The notes under the pieces: model-generated
What the model was told of the DNA's origin: nothing
Database searches by the model: none
The model's input: only the letters and a program-made list of their open reading frames with translations
Translations under genes and position numbers: made by a program
Shown here: positions 1-12,400 of the stretch, piece by piece
How the letters are laid out: every line of letters begins with the position of its first letter
How positions within the stretch are numbered: the first letter of the stretch is position 1
From: Phallusia mammillata
Lineage: Eukaryota
Direction of reading: 5' to 3'
DNA: 64,000 nt
NCBI GenBank assembly: GCA_965637545.1
Contig: OZ281498.1
Location: forward strand, 4,774,001 to 4,838,000

Positions 1-1
1 G

Positions 2-3000
2 AATGTACCGGTGTGTGTCAGTGCCTGGATTGAACCCTTGACTCCTGATGATTGGGAAATTTTAGAACTCCATGCCAATGAAGTTGAAATGCATCTACTG
101 GATCAACTCCGAATTGTGTGGCCGGGTCAAGTTTTTCCACTGTGGGTTGATAAGAATGTTTGCATCTACATGAGGGTGGTAAAAACTGAACCAACAGCAG
201 AGTGTACAACACTGATGCACTTGTCTGAGTTAATTATTGAACCCAAGGTTAAATCAACTCTTCCAAAAATACCTGCCCAAGCTAAATCAAAGACTCTAGC
301 TAAATTACCACAGGTGACTGCCCAAACCAATGATTCAGTACCAAAAGAAACTGTGAACTGTCAAAACAAGGATACTGGGGGATTTTTAATTCGTTTGAAG
401 ATATTTTGCAGATTGTATGATGCGGTAAAGTTTATAGTCATGTTTGTGTGGAAACAGTTGCTTCCGAATCTCTATGCTCACTTAAAGTCTTTGATATTTC
501 CAAATGAAAATAATGACCTACCCATAGAATACACTTCTGGCAAACTAAACATTAAAGACTTAAGAAACCAAATGGACTCCCTACCCCACAACTTTGATAT
601 TGTGATGCGCGTAGAACCATTGGATCAAATTGACCCAACTGTCTCAACAAGTTTCATTTACAACCAGGCCAATACTGTATTTTTGCATTTGTCTGATACA
701 CACCCAGACAAAAATGCAGTGCTCTATTTGGTGCTTCTTACAAAATTGATGTCGCCTAAAGAAAAATTAGAAGTTGAAACTAAAAATGCCCAACAAAAGG
801 GAAAGGTGCCTGAGCAGATAGAAGATATGAAAACTGATGCTGCCAATCCTACTTGTGTTGTAAGAATGTATGTTCATCCTCAAAGCAACTTTGCCATGTC
901 ATGTGACATTTCGACTTTGCACCATCTGAAGGTTCCCCACTGTCTCCGGAAGCAAATGAAAATCGGAAATTGTTCCAAGGTTCGTTTGACAAAGTTGAAT
1001 AGCCTTCCATTGCTGTGTGATGACGTTAACACCTTGGAACTGGAGATAATTGAATGTTCAAAGGACATAGCACAAAGTGACATAAAAAATATAACGCATT
1101 GGTTTAGACAATGGATTGATAGTGTTTGTGATGTTGACAATCCTCTTCCTATATCTGTAGGAACTATTCTGTATTTTCCAACTTTTTCTTTTCCAAAAGG
1201 TGAACAAGAAGTTAGAAATGATTTAGAAGTTGTTATTTCTGGCATAACAACCAAAACTCCAGACAAAAATAACAACAAATCAACCTATCTTTTGTGCCCA
1301 GATGACTTACAAAAAATCAAACTTAATTTTGCTGTTGCTAAATCACAAAATGTTACAAGTGATGTTGATCCTGTGGTTCCAGTTGAAAGCTTTTTACTAC
1401 ACTGCAATGGCATGGAATCACATGTAGCCGATTTGAGCCATTGCCTTGAACTCGCAATGAAATCGCGTCCCATTGCTGCCACACTCACCAGCAATATGTC
1501 ACATCTCTCAGCTATTCTCGTAACTGGCTCTAAAGGTACTGGCAAAAGTACTCTATGTAATGCTGCTTTAAGAAAGTTTGGCACAGATACTTCTGTACAT
1601 GGGTATACCACTGTTATAAACTGTAGCAAGCTATCTGGTAAAAAGCCTGAGAATATTAGAAGGAAACTTGATGGGATAGTGTCAGAGCTGTTGTGGAAGC
1701 AACCTTCAATTTTACTACTGGATGATTTAGATCATTTGACTCCCAAGTCGTCTGATGAGGATAAAACACCAGATGCCATGTATTCTATGCATGTCGCTTG
1801 CCTGATAAAACGGAGTATCAAAGGACTGTTTTGTTCCGCTAAATCAAAACCAACCAAAGTTGCTGTATTGGTCACAAGTAGAAGTAAAGCAAGCCTGCAT
1901 CCACTGCTGACATGTGTTACTGAGCATCTTTTCATGAAGCACATTCACATTAGTTTGCCCAACAAAGTTCAGCGCAATAAAATGTTGTCTTCTATAGTAG
2001 AAACTTCAACTGATTTTGGCTGTCCTTCAAACTTGGACGTCATTGTTGAAAAAACAGAAGGATTTGCTCCTTCAGATTTAGTCAAGGTTGTAAAACGTTC
2101 TTGCCACTTAGCAGAAGCAAAGTTGTCTGACAGAAGTAGCCAAGCTTTCGAGAAAGCCCTAACTGTGGATGTCCTAGTTGAATCTTTGCATAACTTTGTT
2201 CCAGCGTCCCTACAAAATGCTAGGTTGCACAAACCTTCACCACTTACATGGGAAAACGTGGGTGGATTACATTCTGTTAAACAAAGTCTCATGGAGCAGT
2301 TGGTTTGGCCATTGAAATACCAGCATATATTTGAACAAGTGGGATTTCAAGCACAGACAGGTATACTGTTGTTTGGTCCACCTGGATGTGGTAAAACTCT
2401 GGTTGCTGGTGTAGTTGCAAACGAATGCGGGCTCAACTTTATTTCAGTCAAAGGCCCAGAACTGTTGAGTAAATACATCGGAGCAAGCGAGGCAGCAGTT
2501 CGCGAACTATTTTCGCGTGCAAGAGCTGCAGCCCCATGTGTGTTATTCTTTGATGAGTTTGACTCTCTTGCCCCACCTCGCGGTCATGACAGCACGGGTG
2601 TGACTGACCGTGTTGTTAACCAATTACTTACTCATTTAGATGGTGTTGAACCACTGGTGGGTGTAACTGTAATGGCTGCGTCCAGTCGCCCAGATCTTCT
2701 AGACCAAGCACTGCTGCGTCCAGGACGTTTAGATAATCTACTCTACTGCCCGTTGCCCACAGTAGCTGAGAGATTGGAAATACTCAAGTCGTTAAGTGCA
2801 CATTTGCCTTTGCATCATGATATCGACCTTGGTCAGTTATCCAAGCTTTGTGATAACTTTAGCGGAGCCGATCTGAAAGCGCTCTTGTACAATGCGCAAC
2901 TCGAAGCAGTGCATGAGGTTTGCCAAGATAACGAAAATGATTTCACTTCATCCGAAGGGAGTTTGCGCGCTGAATTTCAGCTTTATTCATCTGTATCTGA

Positions 3001-3628
3001 GTCAACTACTATCTCGTCTTCAAGCGCGGTGGGCTTAGAACTTGAGGAAATCACTCAGTTTAATGGTCTTGTGGCGCCTTTACAGCTGGAACAAGATCCC
3101 CTGTCTTTGCCACTTTCCAACGAATCAGTCGCGGATTTAAAGCAGACCGCAGTACAGCTTATCGAATCAATACAGGAAGTGAACATGAACCCAAGTCATT
3201 CCCAGTTACAGTACGACATCGAAGACTATCAGATATGTTTTGACGAAACGCTTTGTCCAGGTGCAGCTGGCACGAAAGGTCCCAAAGCGAAGAGCCAAGG
3301 TCAAAATGCTAATGACATTGCCTATTACCCTTCCTTACATAGTGGCCGATGCGACGATGTACCTGCCGATATTACAAAATCAGTTCAAACCGTATGCAAC
3401 ACATTTGGTAATGCTGGGACTGACAGGCCTTTGGACAATTCTACCCCGACTCTTGTAATAACTCAGCAACATATTCAGACTGCTTTGTCATCTACTCGGC
3501 CATCGCTTACACCAATTGAACGAAACAAGTTGGATCGCTTGTATGCCGGTTTTATTCGTTCACGTGACAAGAGTAGTTTTAATAAGCCGGAATACTACCA
3601 AGGCAAACAGCGAGCAACCTTGTCTTAA
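2..3628 (+). CDS. PEX1: Peroxisomal AAA+ ATPase PEX1 (5'-partial, single uninterrupted exon)
   Basis: The frame is open from the window edge. N-domain motif EPLTPDDWEILELHA..HLLDQLRIV; D1 Walker A GSKGTGKS and Walker B LLLLDDLDHL; D2 Walker A GPPGCGKT, GPELLSKYIGASE, Walker B LFFDEFDSLAP and SRH ASSRPDLLDQALLRPGRLD; C-terminus KQRATLS* resembles vertebrate PEX1. Confidence 0.96.
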   Translation, partial: NVPVCVSAWIEPLTPDDWEILELHANEVEMHLLDQLRIVWPGQVFPLWVDKNVCIYMRVVKTEPTAECTTLMHLSELIIEPKVKSTLPKIPAQAKSKTLAKLPQVTAQTNDSVPKETVNCQNKDTGGFLIRLKIFCRLYDAVKFIVMFVWKQLLPNLYAHLKSLIFPNENNDLPIEYTSGKLNIKDLRNQMDSLPHNFDIVMRVEPLDQIDPTVSTSFIYNQANTVFLHLSDTHPDKNAVLYLVLLTKLMSPKEKLEVETKNAQQKGKVPEQIEDMKTDAANPTCVVRMYVHPQSNFAMSCDISTLHHLKVPHCLRKQMKIGNCSKVRLTKLNSLPLLCDDVNTLELEIIECSKDIAQSDIKNITHWFRQWIDSVCDVDNPLPISVGTILYFPTFSFPKGEQEVRNDLEVVISGITTKTPDKNNNKSTYLLCPDDLQKIKLNFAVAKSQNVTSDVDPVVPVESFLLHCNGMESHVADLSHCLELAMKSRPIAATLTSNMSHLSAILVTGSKGTGKSTLCNAALRKFGTDTSVHGYTTVINCSKLSGKKPENIRRKLDGIVSELLWKQPSILLLDDLDHLTPKSSDEDKTPDAMYSMHVACLIKRSIKGLFCSAKSKPTKVAVLVTSRSKASLHPLLTCVTEHLFMKHIHISLPNKVQRNKMLSSIVETSTDFGCPSNLDVIVEKTEGFAPSDLVKVVKRSCHLAEAKLSDRSSQAFEKALTVDVLVESLHNFVPASLQNARLHKPSPLTWENVGGLHSVKQSLMEQLVWPLKYQHIFEQVGFQAQTGILLFGPPGCGKTLVAGVVANECGLNFISVKGPELLSKYIGASEAAVRELFSRARAAAPCVLFFDEFDSLAPPRGHDSTGVTDRVVNQLLTHLDGVEPLVGVTVMAASSRPDLLDQALLRPGRLDNLLYCPLPTVAERLEILKSLSAHLPLHHDIDLGQLSKLCDNFSGADLKALLYNAQLEAVHEVCQDNENDFTSSEGSLRAEFQLYSSVSESTTISSSSAVGLELEEITQFNGLVAPLQLEQDPLSLPLSNESVADLKQTAVQLIESIQEVNMNPSHSQLQYDIEDYQICFDETLCPGAAGTKGPKAKSQGQNANDIAYYPSLHSGRCDDVPADITKSVQTVCNTFGNAGTDRPLDNSTPTLVITQQHIQTALSSTRPSLTPIERNKLDRLYAGFIRSRDKSSFNKPEYYQGKQRATLS

Positions 3629-3917
3629 ACTGCTGCTAAAAGAGCCTTGCCGATCCAATTTTATTGTTGCCGAATAATAGTCTGTTGCATGCAGTGTTGT
3701 GTTTTAGTTTCGCGCCATTCACATTGCTGTGCTTTAAATGCTCGTCTGCATTATTTAACGTGTTTTCGACTGTTTGCGTTAAACGTAGTTTAAGGAAACG
3801 AATTTGGGGGTCTTTGATTGGCCTGGTTATATTTTTTGATGTTGTGATCCTAATCATGAACTTATTTGCCTGTGGAGTGTGTTTATTGGCATGATTTTTA
3901 CAACTTTATGCAATCAT

Positions 3918-3934
3918 TTCTTTTTGATTTACAG
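3918..3934 (+). promoter_or_regulatory. Unpaired 3' splice acceptor upstream of the ASPHD2-like ATG (candidate SL trans-splice acceptor)
   Basis: ttctttttgatttacag|G ends at 3934, 19 nt before the ATG at 3954. I saw no convincing GT donor between the PEX1 stop and this site. Confidence 0.45.
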
Positions 3935-3953
3935 GAATTTTTTTATTTAACTC

Positions 3954-5326
3954 ATGTCCTATGCGGACATAGACCGGTTTTCTTTTGAAACAGTTACTCG
4001 TCTGATAGGTCTTGTAGTAATTACTGTGATTTTTCTTGATCATGTTATTAAAAAAGCAAAAGACAGACCTGTCACCAGGTCCCATGACAATTTCTGCTCA
4101 AGCCCAAACTGTCTTAGATGCAATTTTGTCATCAACTTGACCCAACTAAAAGTGAAAGCTGGACGTCAGTTTTTAAAAAATCCAAGAGAACTTGAACGAT
4201 TAGGGCACTGGATTTCAGACGATGTTTATGAGGACGAAGAACGAAAACCTACTAAATTTTATTTGCCTGAACTATTGAGTTTTCCGGTTATTGAGAGAGG
4301 TTTTCATGAGAAAGATGTGGATTTCCTTGAAACGAACTGGGAAACCATAGCTCGAGAGTTTGAGGAAATTTCTAGTACAGCCAACTTTAATCAAACAAAC
4401 TGGACGATAAACTCTACACCAACTGGACAATGGAGCGTATTCTATTTAATCAATCAAGGCTCTGAGGTCAGCTACCTATTTTGTAAGTTTACGAAAAGTC
4501 CCATTAAATGCACGAATTTATTATTTTCAGGTGATGCAAAATTGTAAACTGTGTCCAGAAACCATGACAATAGTGAAGAGTTTGGATGATCTATTGTACG
4601 AATGCTCGTTTGGTAACGTTTGCTTTACCGTTTTGGAGCCAGGAACATCTATAAGCGCTCACTATGGACCTTGCAACGTGAGAAGTCGCTGTCATTTAGG
4701 TATGGCTCCATTTTTTTACTGTTCGAGTTTTAGCCTAACCAGTGGTTTCTAACTTTTTAAGCATGCGGCGCTTTAAAGAACTAAAATTTCCTCATGTGGC
4801 ACACTTCGCAGGTAATTAAACTAACAAAAGTTGTTCCTAGACTGTCAATTTTCAACTTTATTGTGCTGGGTAAAGATGCTTTTCATTACCAATAGCTAAA
4901 ATATGAGCTTTGATACGTGGTCATGTGCACCAGTATTACGTCATGGAGTCCTAGAACACCATTGAATGTTTGCACTTTAAAATAGGAAATATTTCGCATG
5001 ACACTTGTAAATCTCTCACGGAACACAGTTTGAGAATCACTGGCCTAAACCAACCTTCATGTATTTGCATTTCAGGATTACAAATACCGGAAGGTTTTGA
5101 GTTGCTTGTCGGTAGTAAAACTACAACCTGGTCGGAGGGAAACTGTGTGCTGTTTGACGATTCGTATTTTCATTCTGTTGAATGCTGGCGCAAAACTTCT
5201 GGTACCAGAGTTGTGCTGATGGTTGATTTATGGCATTTCGGCCTGAACCCACATGAACGGAGTGCGATTCAAGAAATTTTTCCAGCTGTACCAGCATCTG
5301 AAAATTTTCAATCTAAACACGAATAA
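3954..5326 (+). CDS. ASPHD2: Aspartate beta-hydroxylase domain-containing protein (ASPHD2-like Fe(II)/2OG dioxygenase), 3 exons, about 310 aa
   Basis: Exons 3954-4466, 4531-4699 and 5076-5326 join in frame at GT-AG introns. N-terminal TM segment (LIGLVVITVIFL); motifs HYGPCNVRSRCHLGL, FDDSYFHSV and RVVLMVDLWH match the ASPH/ASPHD catalytic domain. Confidence 0.85.
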
Positions 5327-5395
5327 ACGTCCGTAATTGTCAGTGTTTAAAGTGCTAGTGTTTTGAGAATGTGTTTGCGGTGCTGTGGTTGCTGT

Positions 5396-5749
5396 CAGTG
5401 GCGTAGCCAGGGATGGGCCAAAGGGGCCACGGCCCCTCCCAAATTTTCAAAGTTGTATATTGAGAATATTGAATTTAGTGTAGTTTCGTCTCCTAACTAT
5501 CAAAGGAATATATTAACTACCAAAGATGACTGTTGTCGCCAAGTTGTAGACGAAATCCATGCTTTTTATATATTTATGCAAACGTGGAATAAATCAGTAA
5601 ATAAATCGTTTGGCTGTCCCGTCGAACCACAGTTTGTTAAGTCGCGTGTTTGGTAAAAGCACGCCTTTAACGTCAAGCGTTAGCAAAAATCGGTATTGGA
5701 AAACAAATTATTTGGCCCCTTCCAAAATTTTCGGCTGCCTACGCCACTG
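5396..5749. mobile_element. Non-autonomous DNA transposon (hAT-like MITE, 354 bp)
   Basis: TIRs CAGTGGCGTAGCCAG ... CTGCCTACGCCACTG; flanking 8-bp repeat gttgctgt/gtttctgt (1 mismatch). Confidence 0.8.
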
Positions 5750-5783
5750 GTTTCTGTCAAACCTTAACCTCTTTACCTATGCG

Positions 5784-5890
5784 CCAGTCCCGGAAAGACT
5801 CCTGTCGTGGGTTCGAATCCCACCGCAGGCTAGATTTTTTTTAGCCGACGTCTTGCCATATGGTGGTGAATGCTTGGTGACCGGCTGCTT
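5784..5890 (+). mobile_element. tRNA-derived SINE fragment (B-box GGTTCGAATCC)
   Basis: ccagtcccggaaagactcctgtcgtgggttcgaatcccaccgcaggcta recurs almost identically on the - strand at 61435-61484; both copies also share the downstream gaatgcttg.tgaccggct. No complete cloverleaf. Confidence 0.65.
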
Positions 5891-5969
5891 TAGGGCAAGC
5901 GTAGACTACCTGGCCTGTGTAAATTCAGAGCAAGAAATTTAGGCTATAAAATTTCGGATGTGGTGAATT

Positions 5970-5997
5970 TTTTAGCGCAATTGTGCTGCTACGATTT
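5970..5997. repeat. Dispersed repeat core; exact 28-bp inverted copy at 11477-11504
   Basis: ttttagcgcaattgtgctgctacgattt is the exact reverse complement of 11477-11504; weaker similarity extends into the flanks. Confidence 0.7.
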
Positions 5998-6422
5998 CTT
6001 TCATATTGCGAAATACACTTAAACAGCGAATCTCATTTCTGAATTTATCAAAGCATGATAAAGGTAAACTTCTTTTCGCAAGAGGTATCACCATGGCTAT
6101 CCTTCATTTAAGTTGAGCGCCTAACCAGTAGTACATGTGCGTATTATTATTGCAAACTTATAGGTAAGCAATTTTATATCGGCAAATTATTTCTTAAATA
6201 TTTAGTCGAGAAGCGACACCGAGTGGTTAGAATTTTAATTTTACTCCCTAGATACGCGACGCCGCGATCACAGCAACACAGGTTTCTCGGAAAAATCTTC
6301 TTTATAGCTGTCACTCGTTTTTTAGCCAAACTAAGACATTGGTAAGTTACGTGTTAATAGACATTCAAACGACAAGTTTTGATTCTACTGCGGTTTTAGT
6401 TAAGTTTTCGCATTGCAGAACA

Positions 6423-9400
6423 ATGAGTGGTGAAAACAAAGCTGACGGAGATAATCCGTTGGTGACAGGAAGATTAGAAGAGAAATCAGACTTGCAAAAT
6501 CTTAATCATCGATTTTCAGCTTACATTCAAAATGTTAGATCTTGGCGCCTAAAACAGGTGCAACTTTTTTAATGCTTGTGATATTTGTTTGTAACTCTGT
6601 GAGTCTGTTTTCACCTGAATATGCATCATTCTGTTTCACTTATTGTATAAGAATATATAAAACAACAATTATGAGTAGCATAAAATTGTAGCACCTAGAA
6701 AGAACGTAGTAACAAAAAAAACATGTTGTTAATATGTTTGTTTGAAGTACTAGACCTTATTTTGCTACATCATTTTGTTTCCCATTAAGCAGCAAGACTC
6801 CAGTAAGCCTGATGACAGCCACTGGACTGAACAAATCAACAGTATTCGCTCCATGTATGAGAATCAGTTGGCAGATTTGCGATCACAACTTGAATGTGCC
6901 AACAGAGACAAAAATGAAATTGAAGCTTCGAGGGCAAAATATGATTCCATGTCAACCGAATTGGAAAGCAGGTAAGATGCAAAAAATACTGTTTTAAAAG
7001 TTCTAGTATTAGCCCCGTTTAATTTTAATCCCTTTTGTGTTGCCATGTTAGACACTGAAGATGCTTCTATGAGTGAAATTTATTTGTTTTAAATAACGTA
7101 GCTAACTGATTTTATAAACGTTTTCAAACTGTAAAAAGTCAGTGAATCTAAAATATACACGATCGCTTGGTGCGTCTTAAAATCACTTTACTATCGCTTG
7201 GTGCATCTTTAACTGATGATTGATGATATGAAAGTGCGCCAAGTGTCATAAAGGTGCCCAGAGCGATATTAATGTGCACCAAGTGACATTGATGTGCACC
7301 AAGTGATATTAAGGGGCACCAAGCGTTATAACAGTGCTACAAGTGATGATAATAATGCACCAATCTATCCAAGTGATCCTGCATATTTTATATGCACCTG
7401 TAAAAAGCTTTTTTATTTATTTATTTCATTACAGAATTATATGAAGCCATTTCTTCTATATTTTAGGCTGCTGTCTTTAAATGAAACTGTGTTATCGCAA
7501 AAGGATACTATGACTCGCTTGCAAGTGCAGTTGTCCAATAAGGAACTGGAACTGCAGCAAGCTCAGTCAAATCTCACTGCTCCCAGAACAGAACTTGAAT
7601 CATGTCGATTGGAAAGGGATGACTACAAGAAAAGATTAGTTGAAGCAGAAAGAAGGTACAGTTATCAGCTGCATAAAAATACTTAATGTGCCAATCCAAG
7701 CACTTTGTTTATGACCTTAAATTAAAATCAACAGATGCTTGAGTGAAGAAAAAGGGAAATCAGAGTTCCAACATCAGCTTTCAGATCTTCATTCCAGATG
7801 CAGTCATGAAATTTTGCTTTATCAGCAGGTACTTTTGTTTGTTTTAGTTTAGCCTTGTTTTAAGCCAAATACTTCTGGTTTGGTCTGTGTTCAACAAATC
7901 ACCCAGCAAATAGCTCAATGTTTTTGTAAAACTTAATTTTTGGCTTAAACGTAATTTCACAGACAATTAGAAGGTTTCGTATAACGTTGTTGTAACACCT
8001 CTGTCTAGAAAATTTTGTATACCACTGGCATTCATAAAATAAGGCAACTTACAACAGCTACCGTTAACACTGTACTTTTGGTTGATCACAAACATGTAAA
8101 ATGGGAAAAAAACAGAATTATGCCACAAGCATGCACTTTAGACCAGGGGTGTCAAACTCGCGGCCCGGCCGCATGCGGCCCACGAAGCCCTCCAATGCGG
8201 CCCATGAACACTCAACAACAATTGCAGTATTTTATCAGATTTTTATCTACTTACAATGAATTTTTCTTACTTTTCAAAGTTAAAGCTAATATTTAAACAT
8301 ACATTTACAGAAATTTATAAAATGTGCCTACAGGCCAGCAGACCCTTAATCCGGCACTGTTCATATGTTATGAATAGAAGCGATAGTAATCAAACCGTTC
8401 CTCAAACCATATAGCCACATGCGGCCGCAGAAACGAGTTTGTGGACCTATTGTGTGCAAACAATGCGATAAACATGCACCAAAAGCGTCACAATATAGAT
8501 TATGACGTAATAAACAATTAAGACTGATCTTCGTACTGTGCAGCTCAATCTCTGCATCAAGTTGGAAATTAATCTGGGATTTGGGGGCGTCAATAGTTGG
8601 TATATATGTGATATAAACCTTTTTCTTTACATGTGTAATTTTAAAACAAAAAACAGCAGGTAATTGGCGCCTGTTGGTGAAATAAGGATCTGCAATGCGG
8701 CCGTCATAGCGAAAAGGTTGTTTAAGTGTATATAACTTGATTAAAAATCACATGTGGCCCTCAGCATAATTTTTAACTGCAATGTGGCCCTTGAACCCAA
8801 CGAGTTTGACACCCCTGCTTTAGACCATCTAAAAGTTTTACATTCTTATCTATCAAATATGTTTGTGAACCACCTGGAGTGCCTTCACATGCCACAGTTT
8901 GTAAACCATTGGATTTATACGTAATGTTGTCCTTACAAAAATATTCTTCCAAAAATTACTATGTAATTTGTTTGTTACTTTTTTTAATGTCGCATTTCCA
9001 TTCTTTTTATTTTTGTTTAAGGAGGTAAATGACTTGCATGAAAGATTAGAAAAGTCTCGTCACTTAGTGTTGGAAATGGAGGAAGCAGCTCGTAGATCGG
9101 GACAGCAGAGTGGAGATGTGGCATTAATGATGAGAAATGCAAGAGAAGCAAGTGAGGCAGAATTGAGAAGATACATGGAGGAAGCAGAGGCCAAACATAA
9201 CCTAAGTGTAATGCTAATGTGTTTTCTATCTGTTTTTTTTTCATGCTTGAATAAACTCTGTGTGGTATGGATAATTGATTATAAATGGCCATGTGGTTAA
9301 GCCTATGTGCTTATGAACCACTTAGGAGAGAATGGAACTTTTGCAAGTGGTATTTTTTGCTTGTGTGTTACTATTAGTAATAGGCTTGCCATCGAAAGAA

Positions 9401-12400
9401 CAAAAATAGTTGCATAAAACCAGAACAAACAAAATTGTTAAAAATAAACTGTGTTTCTTTTAAATGTAAAACTTGTGACATGCATGTGGGATATTCTGTA
9501 GACAATTTTTAAATTTAATTGGTGAGGCCTTTAGTGTTGCTGCCTACAAAAACTGTAATGTTGTAAAAGTACAAATGAGACATAATATAAAATAATCCAA
9601 TGCTTTTGCATTCATGGGCCAAAGCATATGATTAATGTGCAACAACAGACTAACATTGGAATAGTACATGAAAACTATTGAGTTGTAGTGCCTTTGCACA
9701 CTGTTTGCCACACCTTTAAAACACCGCTTCAAAAAACTGCAGTTTTGTAAACATTATATATTATTATGATGCAGATATCTGAACTGAAAATGCGAATGGA
9801 AGCAGACACTCGTAACTTGGCCGAACTTGTTGAAGAGAATAATAAGCTGAGAGCAGAGATAAACACACTTGCTGGAGAACTTCATGGCACACAATCAAAG
9901 GTGAAGAGCTGCTTATGTGCAATTAAGCATGCTTGTCAAAGAGAAGTACAGTAAAGTGTTGGCAGCAATAAAACTATGTGTTGAATTGTTTGTTTTTTTA
10001 ATTTTTTGTGCCAAAAAATAACTAGATAACCTAATCCATTTCACCTTAAAATTTTACTTTTATGTTTTTTTTTTAGTTAAACGCTGCTGATTCTGCATTA
10101 AGAGTGGTGGAAAATAGTCTTCAATCTGAAAGAAAGGGCTTTGAAATACAGTTACATAAAATGGAAAACAAACTGCAGGTGTTTGTTAGCTACTGTTGTA
10201 TGATAGCAACCTTGACCACATAATATAACCATGTAATTTACGCCACAGGAAACCCAAGATTTGCTTTTGATCAAGATACAAGAGTTAAACGCTGCTCAAG
10301 AAGCCAATATTCCTCTTCGAACTGAAATTGACATGCTTAAAAGCTTGATAGAGGAAGAAGAAAAAAGGTAACAGTTTTTCACTACATTGTTTCTCACCCG
10401 GTGTGGTTTTAAAATGATTTTAGGCCTTCCACAACTGTATGCAGATTATAATTTTCCACATTACTACAAGCTGTCAAAAAATTTCAATGTCAAATTTAAA
10501 AGTAAAAACAGAATTAATTTCAGTTGCTGCACTCACCACAACAAATAATAAAATTTCCCTTAATTAATGTTTGTTTGTTTTTGTGTACTCCATATTGTTA
10601 CCATGGCAAGGGATCAAGGGGGGAGGCAAAGACTGCAATATATAGAACGAATTAAACATGCAGTGAATGCCATCACTTGTGGACCTAATTCGATACTGCT
10701 CGAACCGACAGAGCTGGAAAGATATATGTGACAACGTCTGACCGCTAAGCGAATAACACGCTTATATAGTGTTACTTATCTTTAAATTTGCGATGCACCA
10801 TGACATTTAGTAACACTACTGCTCTGCTGTGTCTTTGAATCAGCATATTAACTGTATTATTAATTTTCAGACTGGCCCTAGATGGGCGCTTTAATGCCAG
10901 AGACACATCAGGCTCAGGTGGAGATTTTATTACAAACCTAAAGTTACCAACCCTTGCAAGCACCAATCAAAATCATGTGAACAGTGGAAGTTCTCTACGA
11001 CAGCCACCATCCTCAGTGCCAATAGCCACGAACGGATTTGCGAGAGCTGAGAACGGTTCTACAGGAGCTGATCTATTCCGTGCTCCGTTGTCGCAATCTG
11101 CGTTTCAGTACTCGGCGAATGTACCAAAAAGCGAGGTGGGGGGGGGCAGGTTTTTGTAAAATGTTGTAAACAAGCTGAATCACTGAGGCAAGATTTGACG
11201 ACTGCGGTCGTTACAATTGTTTATGCTTTAGAACACAAATAAAGTCTGCTATAAAAGAAAATTATTTGGTAAAAAAGAACTTTTATAATTTGACTCACAA
11301 CCCTTTGTCAGTTGATCCCGTATGATTTTACGTTTTTAAATATTAAATATAGCGAGTTTTAAAATGATCTTTGTACAAAATTAACGAGTAAAATCTTCTT
11401 AGAAACTGTGAAAATGTATTCGCAACTATAATTAGCCCTGAATACTTTTGAGTTAAGTTTATTTCTCCGGTGATACAAATCGTAGCAGCACAATTGCGCT
11501 AAAACGTTCACCAGGCCGGAAATAGCTGCGCAACGTTGGTACCTATAAAGCGCGACAAAGGTAAGGGCACAATTGGTGGAAAGATGATAAACGCGCTGCA
11601 GCTACATCGTTACTTGGGACACTAGACCTTTTTATGTGGTGAACAATGATAAAATTATAGTAAAATTTTATGACTACTCTCTAAATATGACGACGGAAGG
11701 TTTACAACTGACTTCTGTGTAAAAGTCCTTGTTAACTTTTTCTGACCACATTTTATTGGATTTTTTTATGCGCAGAAACGACCACAGTCAGCTTCCACCT
11801 CGTCGAGTTCGACCTTTGACGAAACAAAAGAAGGTTCGAATTGTGATGACGTGGCACGGACAGGGCGGGAAAGTCCCGGTGTGAGGAGCCTTCCTCCACG
11901 TCCACATACTCCAACTCCACCCAAACGTTTGCCAAAGCGACCACTAAGTGCCGCTAATGCGCGCTACATTTCAGCTGAAGCTGGTAGGTAATAGATTGAA
12001 ATAATCTTCCAGCGAAACCATAACAAAAAATAAATTAAGTAAAAAACACACCAATAACATAAACGTACATGCAATTCATGTGTTAGATTAAACATTCCAA
12101 ACAGTTTCGTTTAAAAAAAAACTGCCCTGGTGTTCAGTAATTAGAAGAATTTGTCAAGTTTCTTTTCTGGAAGTGCTTATTTAAGTGTGGCATAGGTTTC
12201 GAAGCGGTTTAAACCAAGATAAAAAAATCGCTTCTGTCGTTGACATGGATATGTAGTTGTATAACAAACTAACTTGAGAGGTGCGTAAGATCTCGATTTT
12301 GGATTTTCCTCCAGGTCAGGGAAAAGATTACTTTGATGCGATGTTCAACGACCTGCGTAAGGATGTGATGTACACGAAAGTGACTGAGGATTTAGGGGGT

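Noticed and set aside
3664-3894. 76-aa hydrophobic ORF between PEX1 and the ASPHD2-like gene
   Set aside because: It starts at TTG with no early ATG, lies in the T-rich presumptive PEX1 3' UTR and has no family motif.
5784-5833. tRNA gene
   Set aside because: Only the T-arm/B-box is present, with no acceptor stem pairing, D-arm or anticodon arm; it is a dispersed repeat.
5363-5942. ORFs of 97 and 110 aa
   Set aside because: They run across a MITE and a SINE fragment and show no transposase or other motifs.
7162-7366. Regularly spaced repeats resembling a CRISPR array (also 23595-24170)
   Set aside because: The locus is a eukaryotic intron, the units are degenerate, there are no unique spacers of CRISPR size and no cas genes.
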